Assembly (NCBI GenBank): GCA_964368235.1
Contig: CAYIZY010000002.1
Location: 1 to 32,216, forward strand
Direction of reading: 5' to 3'
From: an uncultured Candidatus Saccharibacteria bacterium
GTDB lineage: Bacteria; Patescibacteriota; Minisyncoccia; UBA6257; UBA11618
DNA: 32,216 bases
In this document: positions 1-7,727 of the stretch, piece after piece
Layout of the letters: every line of letters begins with the position of its first letter
Position numbering within the stretch: position 1 is the stretch's first letter
The notes under the pieces: model-generated
Databases searched by the model: none
The model's input: only the letters and a program-made list of their open reading frames with translations
What the model was told of the DNA's origin: nothing
Program-made: the position numbers and the translations under genes

Positions 1-131
1 ATACCCTCTTCAACTCTTTTCGGAGAGCGAATAATTCTTTTCACTAAACTTTCTGATATTTGATACTGGAGCATTTTGTGCTTACTATGGCTAGTCCAAT
101 GATAATACTTGTCATCTTTTGGAAGTCGCAT
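1..131 (-). CDS. hypothetical protein, N-terminal part only (gene runs off the left window edge)
   Basis: ATG at 131-129 on the minus strand opens MRLPKDDKYYHWTSHSKHKMLQYQISESLVKRIIRSPKRVEEG.. with no stop before position 1. It is missing from the ORF track because it is truncated. No family is assignable by eye. Confidence 0.3.
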   Translation of the reverse strand, partial: MRLPKDDKYYHWTSHSKHKMLQYQISESLVKRIIRSPKRVEEG

Positions 132-185
132 GTTGCAAGACTATATTATTTATTGTAGTTGTTCAAATAAGCGGTAGCATGGTAC

Positions 186-425
186 TTAAAATTTATAAGT
201 ATTTTCTTTTCTTTTATCAATTTTTATGATGAAAATTTCTTTATTTATCACTTGATAAATAATTCTAATTCCGCCTTTTCGGACTCGGAAAATATTTTCT
301 AATCCTTTTAATTTTCTAATATCCAAATTATTAAAACGCCCCAATTGGAGCGCTTTAATAATATTTTTTATTCGTTCTTTTTCTTTAGGAATTAGTTTAT
401 TTAATGCCCTATCAATTTTATCCAT
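186..425 (-). CDS. type II toxin, RelE/ParE superfamily
   Basis: 79 aa. The segment ..LKGLENIFRVRKGGIRIIYQVINKEIFIIKIDKRKENTY is the usual RelE/ParE core pattern. It lies 2 nt downstream of a Phd/YefM-like gene in the classic antitoxin-toxin order. Confidence 0.8.
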   Translation of the reverse strand: MDKIDRALNKLIPKEKERIKNIIKALQLGRFNNLDIRKLKGLENIFRVRKGGIRIIYQVINKEIFIIKIDKRKENTYKF

Positions 426-427
426 AA

Positions 428-649
428 TTAAAGTTTTGTAAGTAATTTTTTTGCAAGAATACCTCTCTTATTAATCTTAGTAAAATCAACTATCGTTTCC
501 CACAATCCATCGTCTTCATCAACAGAAGAAATTTTAAATAATGGTTTAGATCTTTTTACAACTATAAAAAATTCTCCTTTTTCAATTAAAGAAGCGTATT
601 TTTGCATATTTCCTCTTAATTCTTTTAATCCCACAATATTATTTTTCAT
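428..649 (-). CDS. type II antitoxin, Phd/YefM-like
   Basis: 73 aa. The N-terminus IVGLKELRGNMQKYASLIEKGEFFIVVKRSKPLF fits the Phd/YefM pattern. It is directly upstream of the RelE-like ORF and has a palindromic operator in its promoter. Confidence 0.75.
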   Translation of the reverse strand: MKNNIVGLKELRGNMQKYASLIEKGEFFIVVKRSKPLFKISSVDEDDGLWETIVDFTKINKRGILAKKLLTKL

Positions 650-656
650 ACATTTT

Positions 657-687
657 AAGTTTATCTTAAGATAAACTTTATTGTCAA
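657..687 (-). promoter_or_regulatory. toxin-antitoxin promoter with a 22-bp perfect palindromic operator
   Basis: AAGTTTATCTTAAGATAAACTT (657-678) is a perfect palindrome. On the minus strand it fills the spacer of TTGACA (687-682) - 18 nt - TAAACT (663-658), which ends 8 nt before the antitoxin ATG (649). This is the usual layout of autoregulated type II TA operons. Confidence 0.55.
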
Positions 688-733
688 ATTAAAAAAACTG
701 ACAAAACGACGAGTGGCTTACTGATGGCTTCTC

Positions 734-3058
734 TTATTTCCCATGACATTTCTTATATTTCTTACCCGAACCGCAAGGACAAGGGTCATTTCGGCCGGTG
801 CCAGAATATTGTTTCGATTCAGAATTGCGGATTGCGAATTGAGGATTATTTTCAATTCGTAATTCGGAATCCGCAATTTTAGAATCGTTTTCAATTTTCC
901 ATTGTTCAAAATTCTCCATCATTTCTTGATAGAGCTTATGTCCCTCTCGACGATATTCCACTAACGGATCATGCTGTCCATATGCGCGCAAACGAACTGA
1001 TTGCGAAAGATGTTCCATGTCGTCCAAATGGGTCATCCAGAAGAAATCTAGCGCCTGCAAAATTTGCGGATTGGCATTAGTCTCCAACATTTCTTGTCTC
1101 ATTTTATAAACCGCCTGCCGTTGCTTGTTTAAAACATCGTCATAATCGAGCAAGTGCTTGCGAGCATCAAAATTCATTCCTTCAATTTTTGACTGGGCCT
1201 GTAAAACCGCCCGAGTAACCATGCCCGATTCAATTGGCTGATCTTCCGGCACTTTCAAGCTGGTCATTAAATTCTTAATTCTTTCTCCGCCAAAAACCCT
1301 CATCAAATCATCTTCCAATGATAAATAAAATTGACTAGACCCCGGATCACCCTGCCGAGCGGCGCGACCGCGCAGCTGATTATCAATGCGCCGCGCTTCA
1401 TGACGCTCTGTGCCAATAACATGCAACCCCCCCAAATCACGAACTTTCTGCCCGTCCAAAATTTCCGGCGGATTGCCACCCAAAATAATGTCCACTCCAC
1501 GGCCGGCCATGTTTGTGGCAATCGTAATCGCGCCGGGCTTTCCAGCTTGGGCAATAATCGCCGCCTCCCGCTCATTGTTTTTAGCATTTAAAACTTCGTG
1601 TTTGATACCTCGGCTATTTAATCGACGAGAAAGTTCTTCATTCTTTTCAATGGAAACTGTACCCACCAAAAGTGGCTGACCGGCTTCATTTTTTTGTTTA
1701 ATCTCTTTAATAATCGCCTCGTATTTTGCATCTAAATTTTTATAAATTAAATCCGGAGAATCTTTTCTAATATTTTGTCGGTTGGTTGGAATACTAACCA
1801 CTTCCAGTTTGTAAACCTTATCGAATTCTTCAGCTGAAGTTTGAGCGGTACCGGTCATACCAGCTAATTTTTTATATAAACGGAAGTAATTTTGGATGGA
1901 CACTTGCGCATAGGTACGGCTTTCGTTTTGTACTGCCAAGCCCTCTTTGGCTTCGATAGCCTGGTGCAATCCGCCAGAATATCTTCGCCCATGCATTAAG
2001 CGACCGGTAAATTGGTCGACAATTATAATCTCACCATCTTTGACGACGTAATCTTTATCGAGCTGAAATAATCCCTGTGCCTGCAAACACTCCTGAAGGT
2101 AGTGAGTTAGGCGCATATTTTCCGGAGCGTAAATATTTTCTACCTTTAATTCTTTTTCAACCTTATCAATACCGCTTGCAGTAATATCGGTTGACTTTAA
2201 TTTTTCATCAACAATATAATCAACGTCTTTTTCCAGTCGCTTCACCAGATGACTAAATGTTTTGTAATATTGGCTCGATTCTTGGTCGGGAGCAGAAATA
2301 ATAAGCGGTGTGCGCGCTTCGTCAATTAAAATACTGTCTACTTCGTCGATGATTGCAAAGTAAGGTTCTCGCTGGACCTGCTGGTCTTTTGAATAAGCTA
2401 AATTGTCACGTAAATAATCAAAACCAAACTCGTGGTTTGTACCGTACAAAATATCCGCTTGATAAGCTTCTTTTCGGCTAATCGGTCGCAAAAATTCTTC
2501 TTGCACTAAAAACGATCCTGTTGTGTCTCGCTCTTTATCAATTAAAGTTTCGGCATTTATTGGGATGAATTTCTGATCATATAAAAGCGCGCTGTCGTGG
2601 ACAAGACAAGCTACTTTTACGCCTAAGGCGTAATAAACCTGACCCATCCAAACTGTGTCTCTTTTGGCTAAATATTCGTTGACAGTGACAACATGCGCTC
2701 CTTTGCCAGCCAGCGAATTTAAATAAACAGGCGCTGTCGCTACCAAAGTCTTACCTTCCCCAGTCATCATTTCGGCAATTTTTCCCTGATGCAAAACAAT
2801 ACCACCCATCAGCTGGACATCGTAGTGTCGCTGTTTGAGCGTGCGCTTGGCCGATTCGCGAACTAAAGCAAAAGCTTCAGGTAAGGCTTCGTCTAAAGAT
2901 TTTCCTTCAGATTGAATTTGTTTTTTTAATTCTTCACTTTTAGAGCGCAGCTCAATATCCGTCAAATCCTTAACTGTTGTTTCCAAATTATTAACTTGTT
3001 CCACTACCCTTTCCAGCCCTTTTACCGGACTAAAAAGCTTTGAGAATATATTTAGCAT
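734..3058 (-). CDS. secA: preprotein translocase ATPase SecA
   Basis: 774 aa. Motor motifs MMTGEGKTLVATAP (Walker A) and IIDEVDSILIDEARTPLIIS are present, with TGTAQTSAEEF and LRGRAARQGDPG. The C-terminal zinc finger is CPCGSGKKYKKCHGK. Confidence 0.97.
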   Translation of the reverse strand: MLNIFSKLFSPVKGLERVVEQVNNLETTVKDLTDIELRSKSEELKKQIQSEGKSLDEALPEAFALVRESAKRTLKQRHYDVQLMGGIVLHQGKIAEMMTGEGKTLVATAPVYLNSLAGKGAHVVTVNEYLAKRDTVWMGQVYYALGVKVACLVHDSALLYDQKFIPINAETLIDKERDTTGSFLVQEEFLRPISRKEAYQADILYGTNHEFGFDYLRDNLAYSKDQQVQREPYFAIIDEVDSILIDEARTPLIISAPDQESSQYYKTFSHLVKRLEKDVDYIVDEKLKSTDITASGIDKVEKELKVENIYAPENMRLTHYLQECLQAQGLFQLDKDYVVKDGEIIIVDQFTGRLMHGRRYSGGLHQAIEAKEGLAVQNESRTYAQVSIQNYFRLYKKLAGMTGTAQTSAEEFDKVYKLEVVSIPTNRQNIRKDSPDLIYKNLDAKYEAIIKEIKQKNEAGQPLLVGTVSIEKNEELSRRLNSRGIKHEVLNAKNNEREAAIIAQAGKPGAITIATNMAGRGVDIILGGNPPEILDGQKVRDLGGLHVIGTERHEARRIDNQLRGRAARQGDPGSSQFYLSLEDDLMRVFGGERIKNLMTSLKVPEDQPIESGMVTRAVLQAQSKIEGMNFDARKHLLDYDDVLNKQRQAVYKMRQEMLETNANPQILQALDFFWMTHLDDMEHLSQSVRLRAYGQHDPLVEYRREGHKLYQEMMENFEQWKIENDSKIADSELRIENNPQFAIRNSESKQYSGTGRNDPCPCGSGKKYKKCHGK
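822..879. repeat. imperfect palindromic element lying in frame in the secA C-terminal linker
   Basis: AATTGCGGATT (823-833) pairs perfectly with AATCCGCAATT (868-878). The inner arm GCGAATTGA (834-842) pairs with TCAATTCGT (852-860, one G-T). There is a 7-nt bulge at 861-867. The element encodes ..SELRIENNPQFAIRNSES.. between the helical domain and the zinc finger. Confidence 0.7.
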
Positions 3059-3655
3059 TTATTCCAAGTATCCATCTAAATTTACATCGTAAAGAATCGC
3101 CTCTTGCACTAAGCGATAATTTATTAACTCATCTTTTTTAAACCAATATTTTATTTCTTTTTCAGCATCTTCTTTATTACCTGAAGCATGGATAAGATTT
3201 CGCACCGAACGACCATCTAAGTCAGAAACTTCATAAGAATCAATTGTAAAATCCCCGCGGATTGTACCTACGTCAGAAGTCAAAGGTTCGGTGCTGCCAA
3301 CTAATTTTCTGACAATACCAATTGCATGAATCCCCTGCCAAACCATCGCCACCACCGGGCCAGAACTCATGTAAGATTTCAATCCCTTCAAAACAAGCTC
3401 TGTGATTTTTAGAGGATCGGTAGATGGCGGCGTCTTGCCTTTTTTCAAATAAGATTCGATTGTTTTTTGCCCGGTAATCATTCGCCAGTTTGGATCAAGA
3501 TTATAATGCTTATCAATAAAGCTTGATGTCGGAACCATCATCTTTAATCCAACTAATTTTAAACCGCTTCTTTCAAAGCGCCTTACAATTTCCCCAATAA
3601 GAGTTCTCTGCACACCATCAGGTTTTATAACAACTAATGTTCTCTCCTTCCTCAT
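3059..3655 (-). CDS. ndk: nucleoside diphosphate kinase with two internal insertions
   Basis: 198 aa. Motifs ERTLVVIKPDGVQR, GPVVAMVWQG and GTIRGDF are present, with the catalytic His in NLIHAS. The stop abuts the secA ATG (TAAATG) and the start overlaps the aspS stop (TAATG). Confidence 0.9.
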   Translation of the reverse strand: MRKERTLVVIKPDGVQRTLIGEIVRRFERSGLKLVGLKMMVPTSSFIDKHYNLDPNWRMITGQKTIESYLKKGKTPPSTDPLKITELVLKGLKSYMSSGPVVAMVWQGIHAIGIVRKLVGSTEPLTSDVGTIRGDFTIDSYEVSDLDGRSVRNLIHASGNKEDAEKEIKYWFKKDELINYRLVQEAILYDVNLDGYLE

Positions 3656-5046
3656 TATTTTTTCTTAGTTTGTTTTTTGATTTCTAATCCTAACTCATCT
3701 AACTGCTTTTTGTCTACCTCGCTGGGCGCTTCCATCATCAAATCACGACCATCGCCAGTTTTAGGGAAAGCAATTACCTCACGGATATTTGGCTCATTCA
3801 TGACAATCGCCATAAAGCGATCTAATCCCATTGCAATACCACCTTCTGGTGGCGCGCCATAAGAAAACGCCTCGATCATGTGACCAAAATTATTTTTAAT
3901 TCTCTCCTCATCCATACCTATAATTTCAAAAACTCTTTTTAACGCCTCTGGTTTAAAATTACGAATACTACCTCCGCCAATTTCATATCCGTTAAGCGCC
4001 AGGTCATATTGGGTAGTTAAAATTTTATCGATATTTTTTTTAGATATTAATAAGTCCATATGCTCATCTTTGGGTTTAGAAAACGGATTGTGCGTAAAAG
4101 TATAGCCGCCTTCTTCAGTTTCCTCAAAAAATGGGAAATCAATAATCCAACAAAATGCGAGTTCAAATTTATCATTTTTATCTTTACGCAAATCTGGTTT
4201 ATCAGAGTTATATTTTTTCATCGCTTCGGCATGAGTTAAACGAGGAAAAGGTTTTTGGGTAATTTTATGCTCTGGAAATAAAACTTCTACCATTTTTATA
4301 TAAAGATCTTCGATTAAATCCATCACATCTTCCCTTTCAGCAAAACTAATTTCCAAGTCCAGTTGTGTAAATTCTGGCTGACGATCGCCTCGAGTATCTT
4401 CATCGCGAAAGCAACGGGCGATTTGAAAATATCTCTCCAAACCAGAAACCATAAATAACTGCTTATATTGCTGAGGAGACTGAGGTAAAGCGTAAAACTT
4501 TCCTGTCTGAATTCTGGAAGGAATTAAATAATCCCTCGCCCCTTCTGGTGTGGATTTAGAAATGATTGGCGTTTCAATTTCAATAAAATCTTGTTTAGTT
4601 AAATGGTTACGTATAAATTCATTAACCGCATAGCGCATACGTAAATTTTTCTGCAATCTAGCGCGGCGTAAATCTAAATAGCGATATTTCAGTCGCGATT
4701 CTTCACCAATTTCATAGCCATCAGTGTCAATAGAAATTGGCAATGTCTGCGCTTCATTTAAGACCTCTAATTCTTTTACAAGCACTTCGTGATGGCCATT
4801 GGGAAGATTTAGATTGACCATTTTTTCTGGACGCTTATTCACCGTGCCAGTAATTTTTATAACCCACTCTGGGCGCAATTTTTCCACCTCTGGAGTGACT
4901 TTGGTAAAAACACATTGGACAATACCGCTTCGGTCCCGCAAATCAATAAAAACAATCTTGCCGTGATCTCGCCTCACAGAAACCCAACCCTTGAGCACTA
5001 CTTCTTTGCCCTCGTGATGCGCAATGTCATTAGCTAAAATTCTCAT
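3655..5046 (-). CDS. aspS: aspartyl-tRNA synthetase, bacterial type but lacking the GAD insertion domain
   Basis: 463 aa. It has an N-terminal OB fold, motif 2 FRDEDTRGDRQPEFTQLDLE and motif 3 GGIAMGLDRFMAIV...IREVIAFPK. SDKPDLRKDKNDKFELAFCWIIDFPFFEE joins directly what flanks the roughly 130-aa GAD domain in E. coli AspRS. Confidence 0.95.
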   Translation of the reverse strand: MRILANDIAHHEGKEVVLKGWVSVRRDHGKIVFIDLRDRSGIVQCVFTKVTPEVEKLRPEWVIKITGTVNKRPEKMVNLNLPNGHHEVLVKELEVLNEAQTLPISIDTDGYEIGEESRLKYRYLDLRRARLQKNLRMRYAVNEFIRNHLTKQDFIEIETPIISKSTPEGARDYLIPSRIQTGKFYALPQSPQQYKQLFMVSGLERYFQIARCFRDEDTRGDRQPEFTQLDLEISFAEREDVMDLIEDLYIKMVEVLFPEHKITQKPFPRLTHAEAMKKYNSDKPDLRKDKNDKFELAFCWIIDFPFFEETEEGGYTFTHNPFSKPKDEHMDLLISKKNIDKILTTQYDLALNGYEIGGGSIRNFKPEALKRVFEIIGMDEERIKNNFGHMIEAFSYGAPPEGGIAMGLDRFMAIVMNEPNIREVIAFPKTGDGRDLMMEAPSEVDKKQLDELGLEIKKQTKKK

Positions 5047-5055
5047 GAGAAAATT

Positions 5056-5916
5056 CTACCATTTTTGAACACTTATATTCAAATTCCCTTCCTCTAATAC
5101 TGCTTTTATCGTTCCATTTTGGTCAGTGCGGAAGATTTGGGCGCCGCTGGATTGCAAGCGGCTAAGTAGAGCTGGTTTGGGATGGCCATATGGATTGCGC
5201 GCTCCAACACCAATCACAGAAATTTGAGGCCTTACTGCGCGAAGCCACTCATTACTGGCAGAATTAGCCGAGCCATGATGGCTGACTTTCAATAAATTCG
5301 CGGTTAAATCTTTATAGTCCCGCATCAAATTTTTCTCCACCTTAAAATTTATATCACCGGTAAATAGCCCTTTAAAATTTTCCTTCTCTAACATAAAGAC
5401 AAGGGTATTATCATGCATGTCTTTTTGACCAGTTTTTTCCGGCGAAAGAAAATTTAAAACCAGATCTTTGTATTTTACTTTGTCCCCCTTTCCCAAATTA
5501 ATATGTTTTATATTTTCTTCTGCTAAAACTTTTTTAAAATAATCATATTGGGAAATTGTATGATCATGTCCACTGTCAATAAATACTCCCACGTCATAAT
5601 TCTTTAAAACATCGGTAAGGCCTCCAAAGTGATCTAAGTGCGGATGACTCAAAATAACTAAATCAATATAACGATCTGTTGGCGACATTACTTTTGATAA
5701 ACTCTCCAAAACTTTTGCGTCCGGGCCGCCATCAACTAAAATATCTACGCCATCAATGGTAATTAATTCACTATCACCTTGCCCAACATCCAAAAAATAC
5801 ATTACGACAGCTTGCCCTGAGTCGGATCGAAGGGAAGGAAATAAAATCCACCCCCACAAAACCAAATCAAAAGTAACCGCCAAGCATGCTAGTAACTTTA
5901 ATGACCGCGAGTTCAT
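5056..5916 (-). CDS. comEC: ComEC C-terminal part: TM helix plus metallo-beta-lactamase domain
   Basis: 286 aa. Motifs FLDVGQGDSELI and LSHPHLDHFGG plus a later KVSHHGS give the MBL fold typical of the ComEC/Rec2 C-terminus. It has its own ATG and an N-terminal hydrophobic helix. It overlaps the upstream ComEC ORF by 50 nt in another frame. Confidence 0.85.
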   Translation of the reverse strand: MNSRSLKLLACLAVTFDLVLWGWILFPSLRSDSGQAVVMYFLDVGQGDSELITIDGVDILVDGGPDAKVLESLSKVMSPTDRYIDLVILSHPHLDHFGGLTDVLKNYDVGVFIDSGHDHTISQYDYFKKVLAEENIKHINLGKGDKVKYKDLVLNFLSPEKTGQKDMHDNTLVFMLEKENFKGLFTGDINFKVEKNLMRDYKDLTANLLKVSHHGSANSASNEWLRAVRPQISVIGVGARNPYGHPKPALLSRLQSSGAQIFRTDQNGTIKAVLEEGNLNISVQKW

Positions 5917-7177
5917 ATGTGAGCAGTATATTTACCAACCAACCCAATGGCAAGCTTAAATAATAAGAAATAAAGCCAGCGGCGCCAGTCAAAAACCCCA
6001 AACCCATTGTCAAAGGAATAAAAAGCGCGATTAAAGGATTAGAAATAATTCCCCAGGGCGAAGCATAACCTAATTTCAAAAACAAAACCGGCAAAACCAC
6101 TGCCTCCGCGGAAACAGTCGTTAAAATTTCATCCTTAAGCCAAAGTTTCTTCTTTAATAATTTTGGAAGGTAACCTTCCAAAATTGGTTTTAAATAAACA
6201 ATTCCCATCAAGGCTAAAAATGAAAGCTGGAATCCCAAATCAAAAACTAAAACTTTTGGATTAAACAAGACCATAATCAGAGCAGCAGTCGTGATTGCAT
6301 TACGAATATTAAATAACCTTCCAGATTGCTCAGCTAAAATGACAATAAATCCCATAATCGCCGCACGAATAATAGAGGCCTCAGCGCCGGTCATTAATAC
6401 AAATAAAATAATCGAAAAACAAGTCAAAAAAATTGCTCTTCTTCGAGATACAAACAATAGAAAAAAAGCTCCTAGATAATTAACGATAATTAAAATATTA
6501 AAGCCGGAAAGCGCCACTAAGTGCAAAGTTCCACTTTGGCGAAATTGCTCTTCCAGTTCTTTAGAAAATTCCGAGCGACCTCCTACTGTTAATCCAGAAA
6601 GAAAAACCGCTTGATTATAAGGTAAAACTTTTTTTAAATTATTTTCAAAATCATTTCTTATTTTCAACAAATACTTTTTAATTAACCAGCCTCGTCCACT
6701 TTCTATTAATTTAATAGATGGCTTATAAACAACGCCATTTATAAACTCTGACTTACTTTTACTTATTTTACCTTCAACTTTTATATAATCTCCATAATTA
6801 AAAGCTGGGTAGCGAAATGTTTCTATTTTCAGTTTTATTTCTGGTGAATCTGTTTTAACTGTGAGCTCTTGCCCATTAATTTTCGGATCAACTTTTTCCA
6901 CAGTTGCATGAAATTTAATTTTTTGATCAAAGACTGGAGTGGGATGTTTTTGAAAATAATCAAAAACATGAAAATAAATTGCGCCAAGTAAAATAAAGAG
7001 GACTAAAAAAATACGGCCCGCCCGGAGCCGTAACAATATTCCCAAAATTAAAGTCGCTACAAAAATCCAAATAATCTTATAAGAAAAAAGTTGTGTTGCC
7101 GAACCCAATAATACACCAAGCAAGAAAAAAGAGCTCGTCCAGAAAAATAAATCGTGCAATGGAAGTTTTTTAACCAT
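5867..7177 (-). CDS. comEC: ComEC N-terminal part: OB-like DUF4131 region plus polytopic competence channel domain
   Basis: 436 aa. N-terminal TM helices are followed by a soluble beta-rich segment (KFHATVEKVDPKINGQELTV..) and then many TM helices with GTLHLVALSGFNI, the ComEC competence-domain signature. It ends with TGA at 5869-5867. Confidence 0.85.
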   Translation of the reverse strand: MVKKLPLHDLFFWTSSFFLLGVLLGSATQLFSYKIIWIFVATLILGILLRLRAGRIFLVLFILLGAIYFHVFDYFQKHPTPVFDQKIKFHATVEKVDPKINGQELTVKTDSPEIKLKIETFRYPAFNYGDYIKVEGKISKSKSEFINGVVYKPSIKLIESGRGWLIKKYLLKIRNDFENNLKKVLPYNQAVFLSGLTVGGRSEFSKELEEQFRQSGTLHLVALSGFNILIIVNYLGAFFLLFVSRRRAIFLTCFSIILFVLMTGAEASIIRAAIMGFIVILAEQSGRLFNIRNAITTAALIMVLFNPKVLVFDLGFQLSFLALMGIVYLKPILEGYLPKLLKKKLWLKDEILTTVSAEAVVLPVLFLKLGYASPWGIISNPLIALFIPLTMGLGFLTGAAGFISYYLSLPLGWLVNILLTYELAVIKVTSMLGGYF

Positions 7178-7190
7178 TCAGAAGATGGTA

Positions 7191-7619
7191 TCAGGAAGGC
7201 GTCCCAGAAGCCAAGCGAAAAATTACCTCTTGTAATTTTTTAAAACTTTCGTCATCAGATAAGAAATCCAAAGGCTTGCCATTTAGTTCTAAATTCGGTG
7301 ATTGCAGCCATTGTAAAATAAATTCCCATTTCGCAACATCGCTCAAGGCACCAAAAAGCCAATTTAAACGGTTAAATCGCCCATGAACCCTCTCAAACTT
7401 TTCTTGAAAAATTTGACCCCCATTCCACATAATTCCGGGAAAATCTATTGTGCTTATATCAAGCAACTCCGATATTTGTTTTCCTTGATTAATAGTAAAA
7501 TCAGAACAATTAAATAATTTTTGGAGGAATATACGAAGTCTCTCGCGCCATTCTTTTTTTGGTTGAGCAATAAAAAATTCGACATCATTATGCCAATCTT
7601 TCTGTTCGTAGTCGTTCAT
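7191..7619 (-). CDS. hypothetical protein with a DUF2384 (Xre/MbcA/ParS antitoxin C-terminal) like domain
   Basis: SD AAAGGAGAAAAATA precedes the ATG at 7619, and the track start at 7688 adds 23 aa with no SD. The C-terminus WLQSPNLELNGKPLDFLSDDESFKKLQEVIFRLASGTPS resembles the DUF2384 toxin-binding domain. The central FTINQGKQISELLDIS is HTH-like. Confidence 0.5.
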   Translation of the reverse strand: MNDYEQKDWHNDVEFFIAQPKKEWRERLRIFLQKLFNCSDFTINQGKQISELLDISTIDFPGIMWNGGQIFQEKFERVHGRFNRLNWLFGALSDVAKWEFILQWLQSPNLELNGKPLDFLSDDESFKKLQEVIFRLASGTPS

Positions 7620-7650
7620 TATTTTTCTCCTTTTGTAATGTCCCAGGTTC

Positions 7651-7679
7651 AAAATAGCAGTTTTAAAAACTTTTATCAA
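7651..7679 (-). promoter_or_regulatory. candidate sigma70-type promoter of the DUF2384-like gene
   Basis: On the minus strand TTGATA (7679-7674) - 17 nt - TATTTT (7656-7651) lies about 30 nt upstream of the SD/ATG. Confidence 0.4.
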
Positions 7680-7680
7680 T

Positions 7681-7727
7681 ATCATCACTTATGACGATCG
7701 TCACAAATAAAGACCTGCTGTGGATAA
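7681..7727 (-). repeat. 47-nt intergenic repeat, copy A (12-nt palindrome TGACGATCGTCA plus TTATCCACA 9-mer)
   Basis: 40 of 47 positions are identical, without gaps, to the reverse complement of 16022-16068. Blocks TGACGATCGTCACAAA (16/16) and TGCTGTGGATAA (12/12) are shared. Confidence 0.85.

Noticed and set aside
718-1679. Track ORFs 718..909, 1303..1587, 1331..1591 and 1410..1679 inside or antisense to secA
   Set aside because: They are fully embedded in the strongly supported secA reading frame. They are Arg/Pro/Ala-rich translations typical of off-frame reading of a GC-richer stretch, with no SD and no recognisable motif.
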